Part shown: one piece after another, positions 47,248 to 61,824 of the stretch | How positions within the stretch are numbered: the first letter of the stretch is position 1 | Layout of the letters: each line of letters opens with the position of its first letter | Assembly (NCBI RefSeq): GCF_006345805.1 | Contig: NC_042997.1 | Span: 41,664,001-41,728,000, forward strand | Direction of reading: 5' to 3' | Origin: Octopus sinensis | Taxonomy: Eukaryota | Length of the DNA stretch: 64,000 nucleotides | The notes under the pieces: generated by a model | Seen by the model: only the letters and a program-made list of their open reading frames with translations | Told to the model about the DNA's origin: nothing | Database searches by the model: none | Program-made: the position numbers and the translations under genes

Positions 47248-47699
47248 CATATATATATAATGTGTGCATTATGTGGTCGGTTGAGCTGAAAATATGCACA
47301 CCTATGTTAAAAGTGCTGGCAAGTTTGCATGACAACTATTTTTTTTTCCTCAAATGAAACGCGTGACCTCTAGGACGAAATTCCTCATCTTATAAAATGT
47401 GGCCCCAGTAGACCCGAATGAAATCGGGTTATATTAACCAAAATGTGAAAAGGGGCCTAAATGGGGCTGGAAGGGGATTAAAATTTAAAGGAGCGGGTGT
47501 TTAGCAATTCTCTGTTACATCAAGCTAAAAAATTTGCGCCAGCCTTTTAATCGTCAATGTGTTGCCGTCCATGATGAAAAAGTTTTGAATGCTTGTATAG
47601 TGCTAGTGCATGTATATATGTGTTTATATATGTGTACATATTACATGTACATCTATATATATATACATCTACACATAAAATACAAAATACAAAGTTATA

Positions 47700-48200
47700 T
47701 CTTGATATCGCTAGTGATAACAATACTCAAAATATATAACAGACTGGAATTCTTAGCCTGTCTCTTGTAATTTCGATCAATTGTATCTTGTCCTCCCTCT
47801 TGTATAGAAGTGTGGCTACAATCCAGCCTACCTCTACTTCTTGGGGGACATTTTAAATTTTTATCCGGGACGTCATACGTCCCAGATATAAAGGTAAAAA
47901 TAAAATATTTCCACTTTGCAAGGTTCGAGTCGAGTACTCCCTTGCATGCTCCGTTGACTCGAACCTTGCTTCTATTGTGGCGAATTTACCGCCTCTGGTT
48001 AGATATCTTTCATAGTCGCATCAAGACACTTTTCGATGGTGCTTTCCTCCAGGTGTTCAAATCTTTTTTTTCTCTCTACATTGTATACGTTATAGACAAT
48101 AGTCTTTTCTTTAATTTAATTTTTTATTTCGTTTGGTGGTGTTATCCTAGATTCACCGTCTTTGTCGGTGATCAATCCGTATTTCTTCCATTTTAATTTC
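47700..48200 (-). pseudogene. Degraded ORF1 fragment of an L1/Tx1-like LINE
   Basis: Minus strand reads EESTIEKCL...RGGKFATIEARF...LPLYLGRMTSRIKI-NVP, matching EKIEKCL...WGSKFATVQVRF...VPSYLGRRITKVTINNVP. Confidence 0.7.
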
Positions 48201-49167
48201 AATGAGTTCGCGCCCACAGACGGCAGCAGCGAAATTCATTTTTGGACTTTCTTCTATCGAAGGCATTCTAACAAAAATGCTTCCTGTAAACGGTGAAAAT
48301 ATTGTCAATTTCCCCAAACAGGGACACGATTCAATTTTTAAACAATAACCAAAGCTCCTTCTCCCAAAGGGGGAGGGTTACAGTTTACAATTATTTAACA
48401 AATGCAACACAACAATGTTTCCTTTACGAGGAACCAACAAACGTGATAACAATAGTAAAACAGTAATAATAATAACAACAAACCTTACGATGAATCAGAA
48501 AGCAGTAAGCAGTTGAAGCTTTAGTCCTTTATGTATAAGAAATAAACCAACAGCAGTATTCTATAGGAGCGGCTGTTCGAGAAAACAGATATTACATACA
48601 GCCAAACTTCATATAGATATTTAATGCTAGCTAATTAGCAGATAATCTAATGTAAAAGCACAGCTCCATCTGGACTATTCCATTTCTGCATGCTAATTTT
48701 ATTTTTAATTTATTCCACTTCATGTGAAACCACTTATTCAAGTTCAAGTCATTGATGTAATTTTATACCAATTGCTATTTTTACTTTTGTTATGTTACGA
48801 TTATATTATACTTTAGTTTGATTTTAATTATTACTTACTACATATAATTCAATTGTTATTATTATTTTTATTGTTAAAGTTAAAATATCTGACATAAAAT
48901 AGAGAAATGTTTTTGTTTCACTTTTAACACGTAATACTGAAACAGTGGAGAACATATGATATTGCTATGGGCTCGCTCTAGGCAAGAAGTTGAACATTTT
49001 TTTGCCCACGAAACTACATGGACCCTAAGTAAGGCATGTGTAAAATTTGAATGAAATTGGTTGTGTAGTTCTCAAGTTTTAGGGAAACACACAGACAGAC
49101 AGACAAACATTCTCAGTTTTATATATATAAAGATATATATATACACATTCACACACACATATGTGAA

Positions 49168-49272
<105 letters not shown>

Positions 49273-49346
49273 TAATATTAGGGAATAAATCCAAATTTAC
49301 AGGGAAAAATCAGATTTAGGATTAAATCGATTTTATAGTAAAATAT

Positions 49347-49661
49347 TATAAAATATTATTAGAGACAAAACCACTATTTTGCAAAACAAACAAGGAAAGA
49401 CTTAATCAATACATAAAATTTTAATAAATAGTCAAAAAAACCGCCACTACAATCTTTTCTTGTCTTGATCGACAATCTTCAGGTGGACTTCCAATAATTC
49501 AGTGTCAAATTTGACACTGAATTATTGGAAGTCCACCTGAAGATTGTCGATCAAGACAAGAAAAGATTGTAGTGGCGGTTTTTTGACTATTTATTAAAAT
49601 TTTATGTATTGATTAAGTCTTTCCTTGTTTGTTTTGCAAAATAGTGGTTTTGTCTCTAATA

Positions 49662-49671
<10 letters not shown>
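49347..49671. repeat. Spacer-less ~325-bp palindrome with an HHR in each arm
   Basis: Centre at 49509/49510 (CAAA|TTTG); HHR on plus strand 49533-49575 and minus strand 49444-49486; (TA)n on both sides. Confidence 0.93.
49533..49575 (+). ncRNA. Minimal type I hammerhead ribozyme motif
   Basis: CCAC CTGAAGA TTGTC-gatcaa-GACAA GAAA AGATTG T A GTGG; stem III is imperfect. Confidence 0.7.
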
Positions 49672-49714
<43 letters not shown>

Positions 49715-50222
49715 TATATGCATGATGTGTATGTTTATATAAGTGCGTGTGTGTATGTATGTATTATGCATGTATAAGTAGCTTGCAAACCAACCATATG
49801 GTTCCAGGTTCACTCCCACTACATGGCACCTTCGACAAGTCTCTTCTACTATAGCATCGTTTCTGAGCAAAACCTTGTGAGTGGTAGACGGAAACCGAAA
49901 GATGTGCAATTAATATCTATATCTCTCTATAGATTTAGAATTTTATTCTCCTGTCTTTATTCCTCTGTCATCTGATTTATTCTTCTATATTCTGTGAATT
50001 CTCTGTCTGGAACTTCCCTGCATACACGTGGTCTCTGACGACGGAATAACCGGTGTCTGGAGATGCTGACCCATCACCAGTGTTATCCCAGAAACTGAGA
50101 CATTAATTACTTCTACTTATCTATTTTTCACTCAACTTACTTTAATTCAATATTCTAAATGACCCGAGATACTCGCCCTGTTTTGGTTTTCATTTATTTT
50201 CCTTTAATATCTATCTATCTAT

Positions 50223-50269
<47 letters not shown>

Positions 50270-50300
50270 CATACACACACACACACACATATACACATAA

Positions 50301-50375
<75 letters not shown>

Positions 50376-50399
50376 TAGATATATAGATAAGAAAGTTGG

Positions 50400-51450
50400 T
50401 TTGTGAAAGCACATGGTTGAATATATAGAAAATAGTAAAAAGTGAAAAAACTACAGAAGGCTTAAAGGTTAAAAAATTGTGGTAGTAGTTGCTTTGCGCA
50501 TTTCTCAATGTGCTCACTAAAAGGTATCATTCTGTATTCTGGGAATGCAATCTGTTGTCGATGCAGTGTGCATCTACGTCTGAGTGATAGTCCCGTGGAT
50601 CCCACGTAGTCTTGGTGGCAGCCCGAGCATTTTATGATATAAATTATGTTTTCAGAGGCACAAGTAAAGTTAGATTTGATCTTGAATTTCTGTCCCTTTT
50701 TAAAGAGGAATTCTGATCCTTCTAGCAGGTTTGGACATGTTGCACAGTTCGATCTACCACATTTTTTTACTTTTGCATCCGTAATTTCAGAAAACAATTT
50801 TGCCTTTGTGAGAATCTTTTTAAGTGATTTAGGTTGTTTGTAGCTTTTAATGATTTGGTGTATGTTTAGAATTTCCTTTAATTTGGGGTCCTTATGAAGT
50901 ATTGGTAAATTTTGGGTGATGATGGTGAAGGCTTCTTTGTTTCTGGGGTTGTATGTAGATATGTAAGGTAGTATTTTCGGGGAAGGTGTGTTGTTGTGTT
51001 GAAATTTTCTTAAAGTTTCTATGTTGATTTCTGTTGCACGTCTGATCCCATCCTCTATGAGTTGAGCTGGGTAATGTCTGTCAATTAGGGTGTTTTTGAG
51101 TTCTTGCAGTCTAAAGTTCCTGGTATTTTGTTCTGACACTATTGTGCATATCCTTCTTGCAAGGTTGAAGGGGATGTTTGTTTTAGTGTGTCTTGGGTGG
51201 TATGAATTAAAAAGAAGGTGTTGTTTGGCGTCTGTGGCTTTGTAAAAAATGTCTGTTTCTATTTTAAGGTTAATTTTTTTAATTAGTATATCCAAGAACG
51301 GGAGCTCCTTTTGGTTGTATTCCATTGTGAACTGTATATTTGGGTTTATGCTGTTCAATAGGTTTTTAAATTTTAGGAGTTTATCTGTGTTTTCATTCCA
51401 GAGTATAAAACAATCGTCTAAGAATCGTTTCCAATTCTCTTTTATGTATT
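50400..51450 (-). mobile_element. Penelope-like element fragment (RT C-terminus and GIY-YIG)
   Basis: RYLDDCF region, ELPFLD, HPRHTKTNIPFNLARRICTIVS and NIIYIIKC...YVGSTG; related to 52260-54943. Confidence 0.92.
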
Positions 51451-51458
51451 GAGAAAGG

Positions 51459-51537
<79 letters not shown>

Positions 51538-51731
51538 CCGTAGGCTTCTTTCACTGTCCGTCTCTGAAACCCACGAACAAGTATTTGGTTATAACAAAAA
51601 GAAAAAAAATCACCCTAGCTGTCACGCAGTGGAACTGAAACTGAAATCTATTTCTTCGGAAAGAAACTTATCATACAGTCACACCTATACCTATTAAGCT
51701 TGTCTACGTGTGTGTGTGTGTATGTTTCCAT

Positions 51732-52050
51732 ATCACCGTGATCACCGTGACCGATCAGACTATCAGATGTTGTTACACATCGCTGGTCACAATGCGCTTC
51801 GCATTGTTTTAGCCTTCAAATGACGCCACCCCCTTTATATTTTATGTTGACGCAGGCCAACAGTAGAAAGAGTGAGAGAAAGTTGTGGCGAAAGAGCACA
51901 GCAAGGATCGCCACCACCACCCTGCCGGAGCCTAGTTGAGCTTTAGGTGTTTTCCCTCAATAAACACTCACAACGCCCGGTCTGGGAATCGAAACCACCA
52001 TCCTACGACCGCGAGTCCGCTGCCCTAACCACTGGCCCATTGCGCCTCCA
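51732..52050 (-). mobile_element. tRNA-derived SINE
   Basis: Head GGAGGCGCAATGGGCCAGTGGTTAGG...GGTTTCGATTCCCAGACC; same family as 61062-61320. Confidence 0.8.
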
Positions 52051-52057
52051 TATGTTT

Positions 52058-52106
<49 letters not shown>

Positions 52107-52108
52107 TA

Positions 52109-52219
<111 letters not shown>

Positions 52220-52259
52220 CATTCATTCATACATACATGGTGGCTATATATATATATAT

Positions 52260-54941
52260 AGCAATGAAAAATTGTAAAAATGCAGAATGCTCGATTGAAA
52301 GAAAATTTTAATGAATTGAGAAAATGAAAAAATATAGAAATATATATTTATTCAAACCGGTTTTCGTCATAGTTTGACTTATCAAGAATAGTTAGGTGAA
52401 AAGGTTTTCACCAATTTCAAATGCAAGCCCAGCCTTTTTTATGGCCTTCCTAAAATCCATAAAAACAAATACATCACCGAAGCCTGCAAACTCTCCACTG
52501 ACATCTACATCAACATCAAAGCACCGGAGGACCTAAAACTAAGGCCCATTGTGGCTGGCACCTCCTGTGAAACACACCGCCTGAGTAATTTCCTAGACAT
52601 CCTTTTGAAACCTTTCCTTACCCACATCAAAAGTTTCATTAGGGATGATCTGGACATGCTCAAACACCTCCCGAAAACAGTTAACGAGGAGGCGCTCCTG
52701 GTATCCTTTGATGTCATCAACCTCTACACCAACATCCCACATGAGTATGGTATAGAGGCAATTGACCTCTGGCTAGAAAAACACCCAGAGACATTCCCTG
52801 ACCGCATTAACAAGACTTTTATTACAGAATCTCTCAAGTTCATTCTGACCAACAATTTTTTTCTCTTCGACGACACACACTACCGTCAAAAATGTGGTAT
52901 TGCGATGGGTACCAAGGCTGCACCAGTCCTTGCGAACCTCATAATGGGTTTCTTCGAACTATCACTCTATGAAATATCACGCCAGAAATTTGGACATGTT
53001 TTCCACACCTACCTAAAGGAAAACTGGAAAAGATATTTGGATGATTGTTTCATCATATGGAAAGAACCTTATGAAAAACTCCTGGAATTCAAAACCATAC
53101 TAAACAACATACATCCCAACATCCAATTCACTATGGAATTAAGCAAACATCATCTACCATTCCTTGATCTCCTAATTATAAAAACACCTAAGAACCAAAT
53201 CATAACAGACATCTACCACAAACCTACAGACTCACAACAATACCTCCTCTTTAGTTCATGCCACCCAAAACACACCAAGACAAATATCCCTTTCAATTTG
53301 GCTAAAAGGGTATGCACCATTGTCTCGGATCCAAAAACACGAGAAATACGCCTTCAAGACCTCAAAAAAAAACACTATTACAACGCCAATATCCCTCCAC
53401 CCTTATAGAGTATGGAATAAAACGCGCCAAAGAACTAGATAACATTACACTGAAAACTACCCAACCTAACACCACACACAACCTCAAAATACTTCCATAC
53501 ATTTCCACCCACAACCCCAAAATATCGAAGCATACACCACAATCATACAAAACCTCAGTCTACTGTCAACAGACCCCAAAATGAAAAACATTATAAATAC
53601 ACACAAAATCCTCAAATGTAAAAGGCAACACAAATCTTTAAAAAAACTCTTGACAAATGCCAAACTTCACACACCACATCCACCCCCAGCAGTAAAAAAA
53701 TGTGCACGCCCAAACTGTGGGACATGCCCCCTCCTACTTGAAGGTTCTGAATTTACCTTCAAACAAGGTACGAGGTTTAAAATCAAGACTAACTTCTCCT
53801 GTTCCTCCGAGAACCTTATCTACGTTCTCACATGCGCTGGTTGCCAAACGAGCGCTGGTTGGACAAACGAGTCTCCCGTTACGTAAACGAGTAGCGGTGC
53901 ATAAAGAACAAATAAATCTCCCGGAATACCGACAAATTCCACTGAGTGGCCACATAGACTCATGCGCTAAAGACTTAAACCCCAAATTCTATATATTCCC
54001 CTTCTACCAATGTAAAGACGGCATCACCACACAGGAGAGAATTAACAAGGAAAATCTCTTTATTGAAAAATTCCAAACACAACTTAACATACAAACTCCT
54101 CGTTGATCAAACTTCCCTTTTCTACCTCATTCTTCATGGATGGACTCACACAAATATATAAGGATACCATAGATTCATCACTTCAAGCAAAAACTTATAC
54201 TCTTTAAATATCATTTTTACTATTGTTGTTATTACCATCATCTTTATTATTTATGATATAATAATCTGAAATGCAATTGTCTATGCAAATTTATATAATT
54301 AGAAAATAATATAAATAAAGTGTTAAAATCTGAAAGTTAAATTAACAAACAATTATATAAAAAAGATAATGCAAATGAAGCTAAAATGACAATTTTATAA
54401 TTTGGGGTTTATCAGCAGCTTTTATTGAAGAACTCAAAAGAGTTGTCTCCCCTTATTCACAACACAGGAACTAAAGAACCACAATTACTACTACTTCCTG
54501 TTTTGCCAACATCCTAAATTAAACCAAACAACACATGGCCTTAATCCCATTGGATCCTAATACCTCAAGGTAATTTTTTCATGAACAATCATTAAACTCA
54601 AGATACACAACGAACTCACAATGTATCGGAGTACTTATTTTTTAATTTTTATACATATTTACTACTATTAATTTTTATACATATTTACTACTATTATTCT
54701 TTTGCAAAAAACAATGCAACTTTTTTTCCCCTTTCTCATTTTTAAAAAAAACCTTTTCACCTAACTATTCTTGATAAGTCAAACTATGACGAAAACCGGT
54801 TTGAATAAATATATATTTCTATATTTTTTCATTTTCTCAATTCATTAAAATTTTCTTTCAATCGAGCATTCTGCATTTTTACAATTTTTCATTGCTTATC
54901 ATTTCTCCACGTGCGGTCAACACAACCTCACCATTTATTGA

Positions 54942-54943
<2 letters not shown>
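52260..54943 (+). mobile_element. Penelope-like element, 5'-truncated, with an inverted pLTR copy at its 5' end
   Basis: FYGLPKIHK, SFDVINLYTNIP, GIAMGT, RYLDD and a GIY-YIG region, with frameshifts. 52260-52408 is the reverse complement of 54748-54896; (TA)n on both sides. Confidence 0.95.
54766..54807 (+). ncRNA. Minimal type I hammerhead ribozyme motif, U3-A8 core variant (mirror copy at 52349-52390, minus)
   Basis: TATTC TTGATAA GTCA-aacta-TGAC GAAA ACCGGT T T GAATA. All stems are Watson-Crick; stem III is the palindrome AACCGGTT. Confidence 0.8.
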
Positions 54944-55020
<77 letters not shown>

Positions 55021-55113
55021 TCCAAACAAGAAAGCACAAAAAAACACACCAACGCGAGGACGTGGAACAAATATAGTATTATTGGACGCTTAGGAAAGAA
55101 GGAAAGGAGGAGG

Positions 55114-55148
55114 GTTTAACGTTTCGAGCGGAGCTCTTCGTCGGAAAC
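55114..55148 (-). ncRNA. Minimal type I hammerhead ribozyme motif, U4C variant
   Basis: GTTT CCGACGA A GAGC-tcc-GCTC GAAA CG T T AAAC. Confidence 0.7.
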
Positions 55149-55392
55149 ATAGGAGAAGGGAAGACAGAGGAAAAAATCGCCAACGGTACACACGCGGTCA
55201 CATATATATATATATAAGAATATGTCTGTATGTGTGTCTGTAGGTATGCATGTGTGTGCGTGTGTGTGTGTGTATCTATAGACAGATAATTCGACTGAAT
55301 ATTGTTAAGTTGTCGGACGATGTCAGGCAGAGAGATTAAGACGTCATAAGGAAAAAAATAGATTTAAAATGAGTGTTTGTCATTTTCTCCTC

Positions 55393-55429
<37 letters not shown>

Positions 55430-55634
55430 CACCCCAAACCTTTCTTCGCTCAGCCAATTACTTTCTTTTCCATACCCCCCTTCACACTCTATCTCGCTCA
55501 CTTTCTCTCTTTCTTTCCCCTCACTCTCTTTCTCTTCTTTTATGTTTGTGCTTATGTAGGCTTGTGTTGTTGCCTGCTACTTATGTAGGCGCTCAAGAAA
55601 TTTAGGAATATACACATTACTCGTCTTTATGCCC

Positions 55635-55667
<33 letters not shown>

Positions 55668-55900
55668 TCGATCGATCGATCGATTGATCTATCTGTCTAT
55701 CTACCTACCTTCCTAACTATCCCTCTCCCTATATATATATGTGTGTGTGAGTAGAGAGAGAGAGAGAAAGATTGAGAGAGAGGGAGACATACAGATAGAA
55801 ATAACTATAGATGATAGTTATAATAACAACAACAGCAACAACTCACCAAAAACAACAACAATAATAATATGAATAGTTTAGGATAATCAACTATATATAT

Positions 55901-56982
55901 CGTTACGCCGTCGCTCAACTCAACTCAGGACCCTAAGTCGGCAACGACGACTACGGACAGTCAAACGGAAATCCACCACAGAAAGCGGGGGTGAGAAGCG
56001 AACGCAAACCAGAAACCACAGACGACAACAACAAAGAGAGACAGCGAGAGGCAGTTGCTTACATTTAACAATTTATATAATTCACAAAATCATTTAAAAC
56101 ATTTCAAATACATTTAAAAAACAAAAGCATTTAACTACAACACAATTCGAATCACAATCAAATACATTCAAACGTAATACAACTGTTCGATTACCCCAAA
56201 TCAATTTACAGATCGTACACAGTGTTAAAAACAATCAAAACAAATAATGGCATTTAGCAAAATACAACGTCCGACTTTTCTAAACAAATCAATTGGTTGA
56301 CATGCAACACAATACAGAATCACAACAAATAGTCTTTCTCTTTTCTTTTCTCTTCTTTCTTACACAGAGAGTTCGTTCTCAAAGATTCCTTTTTCTTTTA
56401 GAAACACATTTTTTACAGTTCTTTTAAAAGTTCTTAATTTTCTTTTCAACAGATTATGTCACAGATTCCCTATATTTTTACAATCAAAACATCAAAGTCC
56501 AAAACACAAATCGAAACGTAAATAAACCGACAAATATTCCATCCGCAACACTTTCTCAGCCGACTGCAAATTTTCATCTCGCCGCCTCCACCGTCTCCCT
56601 TGCCGCTTCGCCAATCCTCACATTCACTGCCTGTCTTCCTCGCCTCTTGCCAACTGTTATCTCCTGGTTGGCTGTCTGCATCGACTGGCCGCCTCTTGCC
56701 AATTGAACCCTTTTCCGGCCTCTCGCTGTTTGACGCGCTAAACACCAGTCCGTCACATTTAAAGGGTCAAATTTTTTTTTTTTTTCAATTTTCCCTGACC
56801 GTGTAGGGATCAGAGATCGCTTCCGAACGCATTAATTACCGTTGCCGTTGGCAGGACAAAGGATTATTTTAAAAAGATTTTTTTTATTTTTTCCCTTCGT
56901 CCCGAGCAACTGGAGCGCCGGTTCAACTCCAACCAACGGAACTAGGGCATAATGTTTTCCCGTTAATCTTACCTTCGTAACA
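55901..56982 (-). mobile_element. Probable solo LTR inserted in (TA)n
   Basis: Termini CGTTACG...CGTAACA, i.e. minus strand TGTTACG...CGTAACG; no ORF; TA repeats on both sides. Strand inferred from a GT-rich end. Confidence 0.55.
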
Positions 56983-57005
56983 ATATATATATATATATAT
57001 AACGA

Positions 57006-57049
<44 letters not shown>

Positions 57050-57251
57050 TCTTTTATTGTCCACATGGGCTTACATAAAATCATATTAAAACGCATACAA
57101 CATAAAAGATAAAACAGGATGACACAAAGGGTTTTCATAATAATAAAAAGAGAGCACAAAAGAATGAGACGTCGATATTAGGTAAATAGAGGATTATTTA
57201 TATTTGTATAGTTTAGGATAATTAACGGTTTCTCATAGGGTCTATTGCCAT

Positions 57252-57314
57252 TAACAGCCGACGAGAATGTATCGTAGCTCTTAGCTACGACATTTGAAAC
57301 TCCGAGTACTGTTA
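57252..57314 (+). ncRNA. Type I hammerhead ribozyme motif, U4C variant
   Basis: TAACAG CCGACGA GAATGT(AT)CGTAGCT-ctt-AGCTACGACATTT GAAA CTCCGAG T A CTGTTA. Confidence 0.75.
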
Positions 57315-57332
57315 TGGCAATTTATTATTCTA

Positions 57333-57848
<516 letters not shown>

Positions 57849-57943
57849 TACTAGAATTTACCGTATAACGGTACTGTTTTCATACCGAATTCTACTTGGT
57901 GAAATTATTGATTACTTCGTAATTAATTAGTTTTACCCTTAAT

Positions 57944-58003
<60 letters not shown>

Positions 58004-58006
<3 letters not shown>

Positions 58007-58897
58007 GCTGCTAGAATAAGAATAGCCTTGGCAAAGTTTAGAGAGCTCTTACCTCTGCTGGTGACAAAGGGCCTCTAGTTCAGAGTAAAAGGTAGACTGT
58101 ATGACGCACGTGTACGAACAGCCATGCTACATGGCAGAGAAACATAGGTCGTGACTGCTGAGAATATGCGTAAGCTCGCAAGGAATGAAGCCAGTATGCT
58201 CCGATGAATGTATAATGTCAGTGTGCATACCTGACAGAGTGTTAGTGGCTTGAGAGAAAAGTTGGACCTAAGAAGCATCATATGTGGTGTGCAAGAGAGA
58301 TGACTGTGCTGGTATGGCCATGTGGCGAGAATGGATGTGGATAGCTGTGTGAAAAAGTGCCACACCCCAGCGATTGAGGGAACCTGTGGAAGAGGTAGAG
58401 CCAGGAAGACCTGGGATGAGATGGTGAAGCATGACCTTCGAACATTGGGCTTCACCGAGGCAATGACTAGTGACCGAGACCTTTGGAAATATGCTGTGCT
58501 TGAGAAGACTCGGCAAGCTCAGGTGAGACCATAACCTCGTGACCTATGCCAGGGGTGTAACCAGCCCACTTATGCGTACTTTTCCTTCATTGGACACTAA
58601 AGTCTGCTTCCGAAGACCTATTGAGGCAAGTGAAATCGAAATCGAAATCAAATTCGATTACTGGTATCCGTGCTAGTGGAGCGCTAAGTGTACCATACGA
58701 GCATGATCGTTGCCAGAGCTGGCTTCCGTGCCGGGGGCACGTAAAAAACACCATTCGAGTGTGATCGAAGGGCATCCAGCTGTAGAAACTCTGCCAGATA
58801 AGATTGGAGCCTGGTGCAGCCATCTGGTTCGCCAGACCTCAGTCAAATCGTCAACCCATGCTAGCATGGAAAGCGAACGTTAAACGATGATGATGAT
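58004..58897 (+). mobile_element. RTE-clade LINE 3' fragment
   Basis: VAARIRIA..KFRELLPLL, WYGHVARM and GRGRARKTWDE, then 3' UTR and (GAT)n tail. Confidence 0.88.
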
Positions 58898-58900
58898 TAC

Positions 58901-58958
<58 letters not shown>

Positions 58959-59707
58959 ATTTATATATATAAATGGCAATTTTCGCCAGTTACCATTTTG
59001 CTACCTATACCAACAAAACAGACTTTACCAAAATTTGCATACATGTTGAACTAACAACCAGTTCAATTACATGTTAATTGGATATCAATAAAAATCGATA
59101 ATGGGCCCCCTACAGGGTTTGGACTGTTATATGATAAAATGAGAAGGGTGCACAAAGTGTTGGGTTGAGAGCCTGCTGAAGGAAATGTGGTGGATATCAG
59201 GGAAGGGGGGAAAACAGGAAAAGACAGAGACAAGGAACTGAAACAATAACACTATAGACAATGTCTTTCCTTTTCTTCCGTATATGAATACCCCGTGGAG
59301 GGAAATGTGGCATAATAATTCATCTGCCGAATAATTTCACTTTCATGCAGAAACTGTCAGCTTCCAATACCTGTTTTCTGATTAGGAAAAAACTGATTAA
59401 GCTTTAAACCCCAGTATCAAGGAAGAGGCGGAGACAGGAAGAGACAGAGAGACAGGGAATATGGGAGACAAACAAAGAGAACGAGATACGAGGACAGAGC
59501 AGGGGAGATAGAATGTGTTTGCTAAAGGGAAGAGCGAATTTTAAAACTTTGTTCTTTAGTTTTTATCTATCACTTAACGCATATGCTTTAGTGAATTAAC
59601 TGTTGTGTTGACATCAAAATAACGCATAAACGGCTCCTTTACCCCCGAAAAGGACAGACTTGGCAACTATTTCTAGCACGCCCTGATACAACGTAACAGT
59701 TATTTGC

Positions 59708-60200
59708 TATAAAGAACCCACCATCATCGCATAGAGTATCTCCCAGGGGCATCCTGTCTTGAATTCCTTTGTTATTGCCTGGAGGACTATGATAAATAGG
59801 AGGGGGATGAGCACTGAACCTTGGTAGACCCCTACCTCTACCCGGATTTCTTCACTGTACTTGTTGCCAACCCTCACCTTACTGACAGCGTCCCTGTATA
59901 TGGCTTGCACAGCTCTCACTAACCATTCATCTATCCCTAGTTTCCTCATTGACCACCAGATAAGGGATCGGGGGACCCTGTCAGAGGCTTTCTCCATGTC
60001 AACGAAAGCCAGGTACAGAGGTTTATCTTTGGCTAGGTATTTCTCCTGCAGCTGTCTTACCAGAAATATAGCATCAGTGGTGCTTTACCCTGGCACAAAC
60101 CCAAACTGCATCTCATCTAAACTGACTCTCTCCCTAATTAGTTGGGCTATGACCGTCTCCGTGACCTTCATTACCTGATCCAACAACTTGATACCTCTGC

Positions 60201-60202
<2 letters not shown>
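59708..60202 (-). mobile_element. RTE-clade RT fragment
   Basis: NCRGIKLL, MQFGFVPG, DMEKASDRV and VYQGSVL. Confidence 0.88.
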
Positions 60203-60286
<84 letters not shown>

Positions 60287-60291
<5 letters not shown>

Positions 60292-61030
60292 AGAATTCCG
60301 AGTAGGGGTAGGGATCCACCAAGGATCAGTTCTCAGCCCCCTCCTTTTTATCACAGTCCTCCAGGCAATAACAGGAATTCAAGACTGGATGCCCCTGGCA
60401 GCTCCTCTATGCTGATGACCTTGTTCTAATTCCTAAATCACTATCAGAACTAGAAAAAAAGTTTCAGGCGTGGATGCAAAGATTAAAATCAAAGGGCCTT
60501 AGAGTCAACCTAGCTAAAACCAAAGTCTTAATTAGTAGGAAGGTAAGCAAACCACAAATCCTTTCAGGTAGATGGCCCTGCTCAATCTGTAGAAAAGGGA
60601 TAGGTAGAAACTCTATAAGATGTACCCAGTGTAAGCTATGGACACATAAGAGGTGCAACAATATCAAAGGAAGGCTATCTAGGAAGATAGTTTTTATATG
60701 TGGCAGATGCTCAGGAGCAATAAACACTGAAAATGGGCAGAGAACAGCTTCTGTCACATTCCAGTGAGAAAAACTAGAAGTAGGAGACCTAGTCAGTAGC
60801 AGGGGTGGGTGCTCTGATAGTGTAGCTGCTAGAATAAGAATAACCTGGGCAAAGTTTAGAGATATCCTGCCTCTGCTGGTGACAAAAGGCCTCTCGCTCA
60901 GAGTAAAAGTTAGTCTGTATGACGCATGTGTGTGAACAGCCATGCCACATGGCAGTGAAACATGGGCCATGACTGGTGAGGACATGCACAAGCTGGCAAG
61001 GAATGAAGCCAGTATACTCCGATGGATATG
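60287..61030 (+). mobile_element. RTE-clade RT fragment
   Basis: GIHQGSVLSPLLF, LYADDL, GLRVNLAKTK and the WPCSIC...C knuckle. Confidence 0.88.
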
Positions 61031-61061
61031 ATGCCAGCTTATACATATATATATATATATA

Positions 61062-61824
<763 letters not shown>

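Noticed and set aside
47918-47969. 14-bp perfect hairpin GCAAGGTTCGAGTC/GACTCGAACCTTGC
   Set aside because: Lies inside a degraded LINE ORF1 reading frame; no evidence for a separate RNA element.
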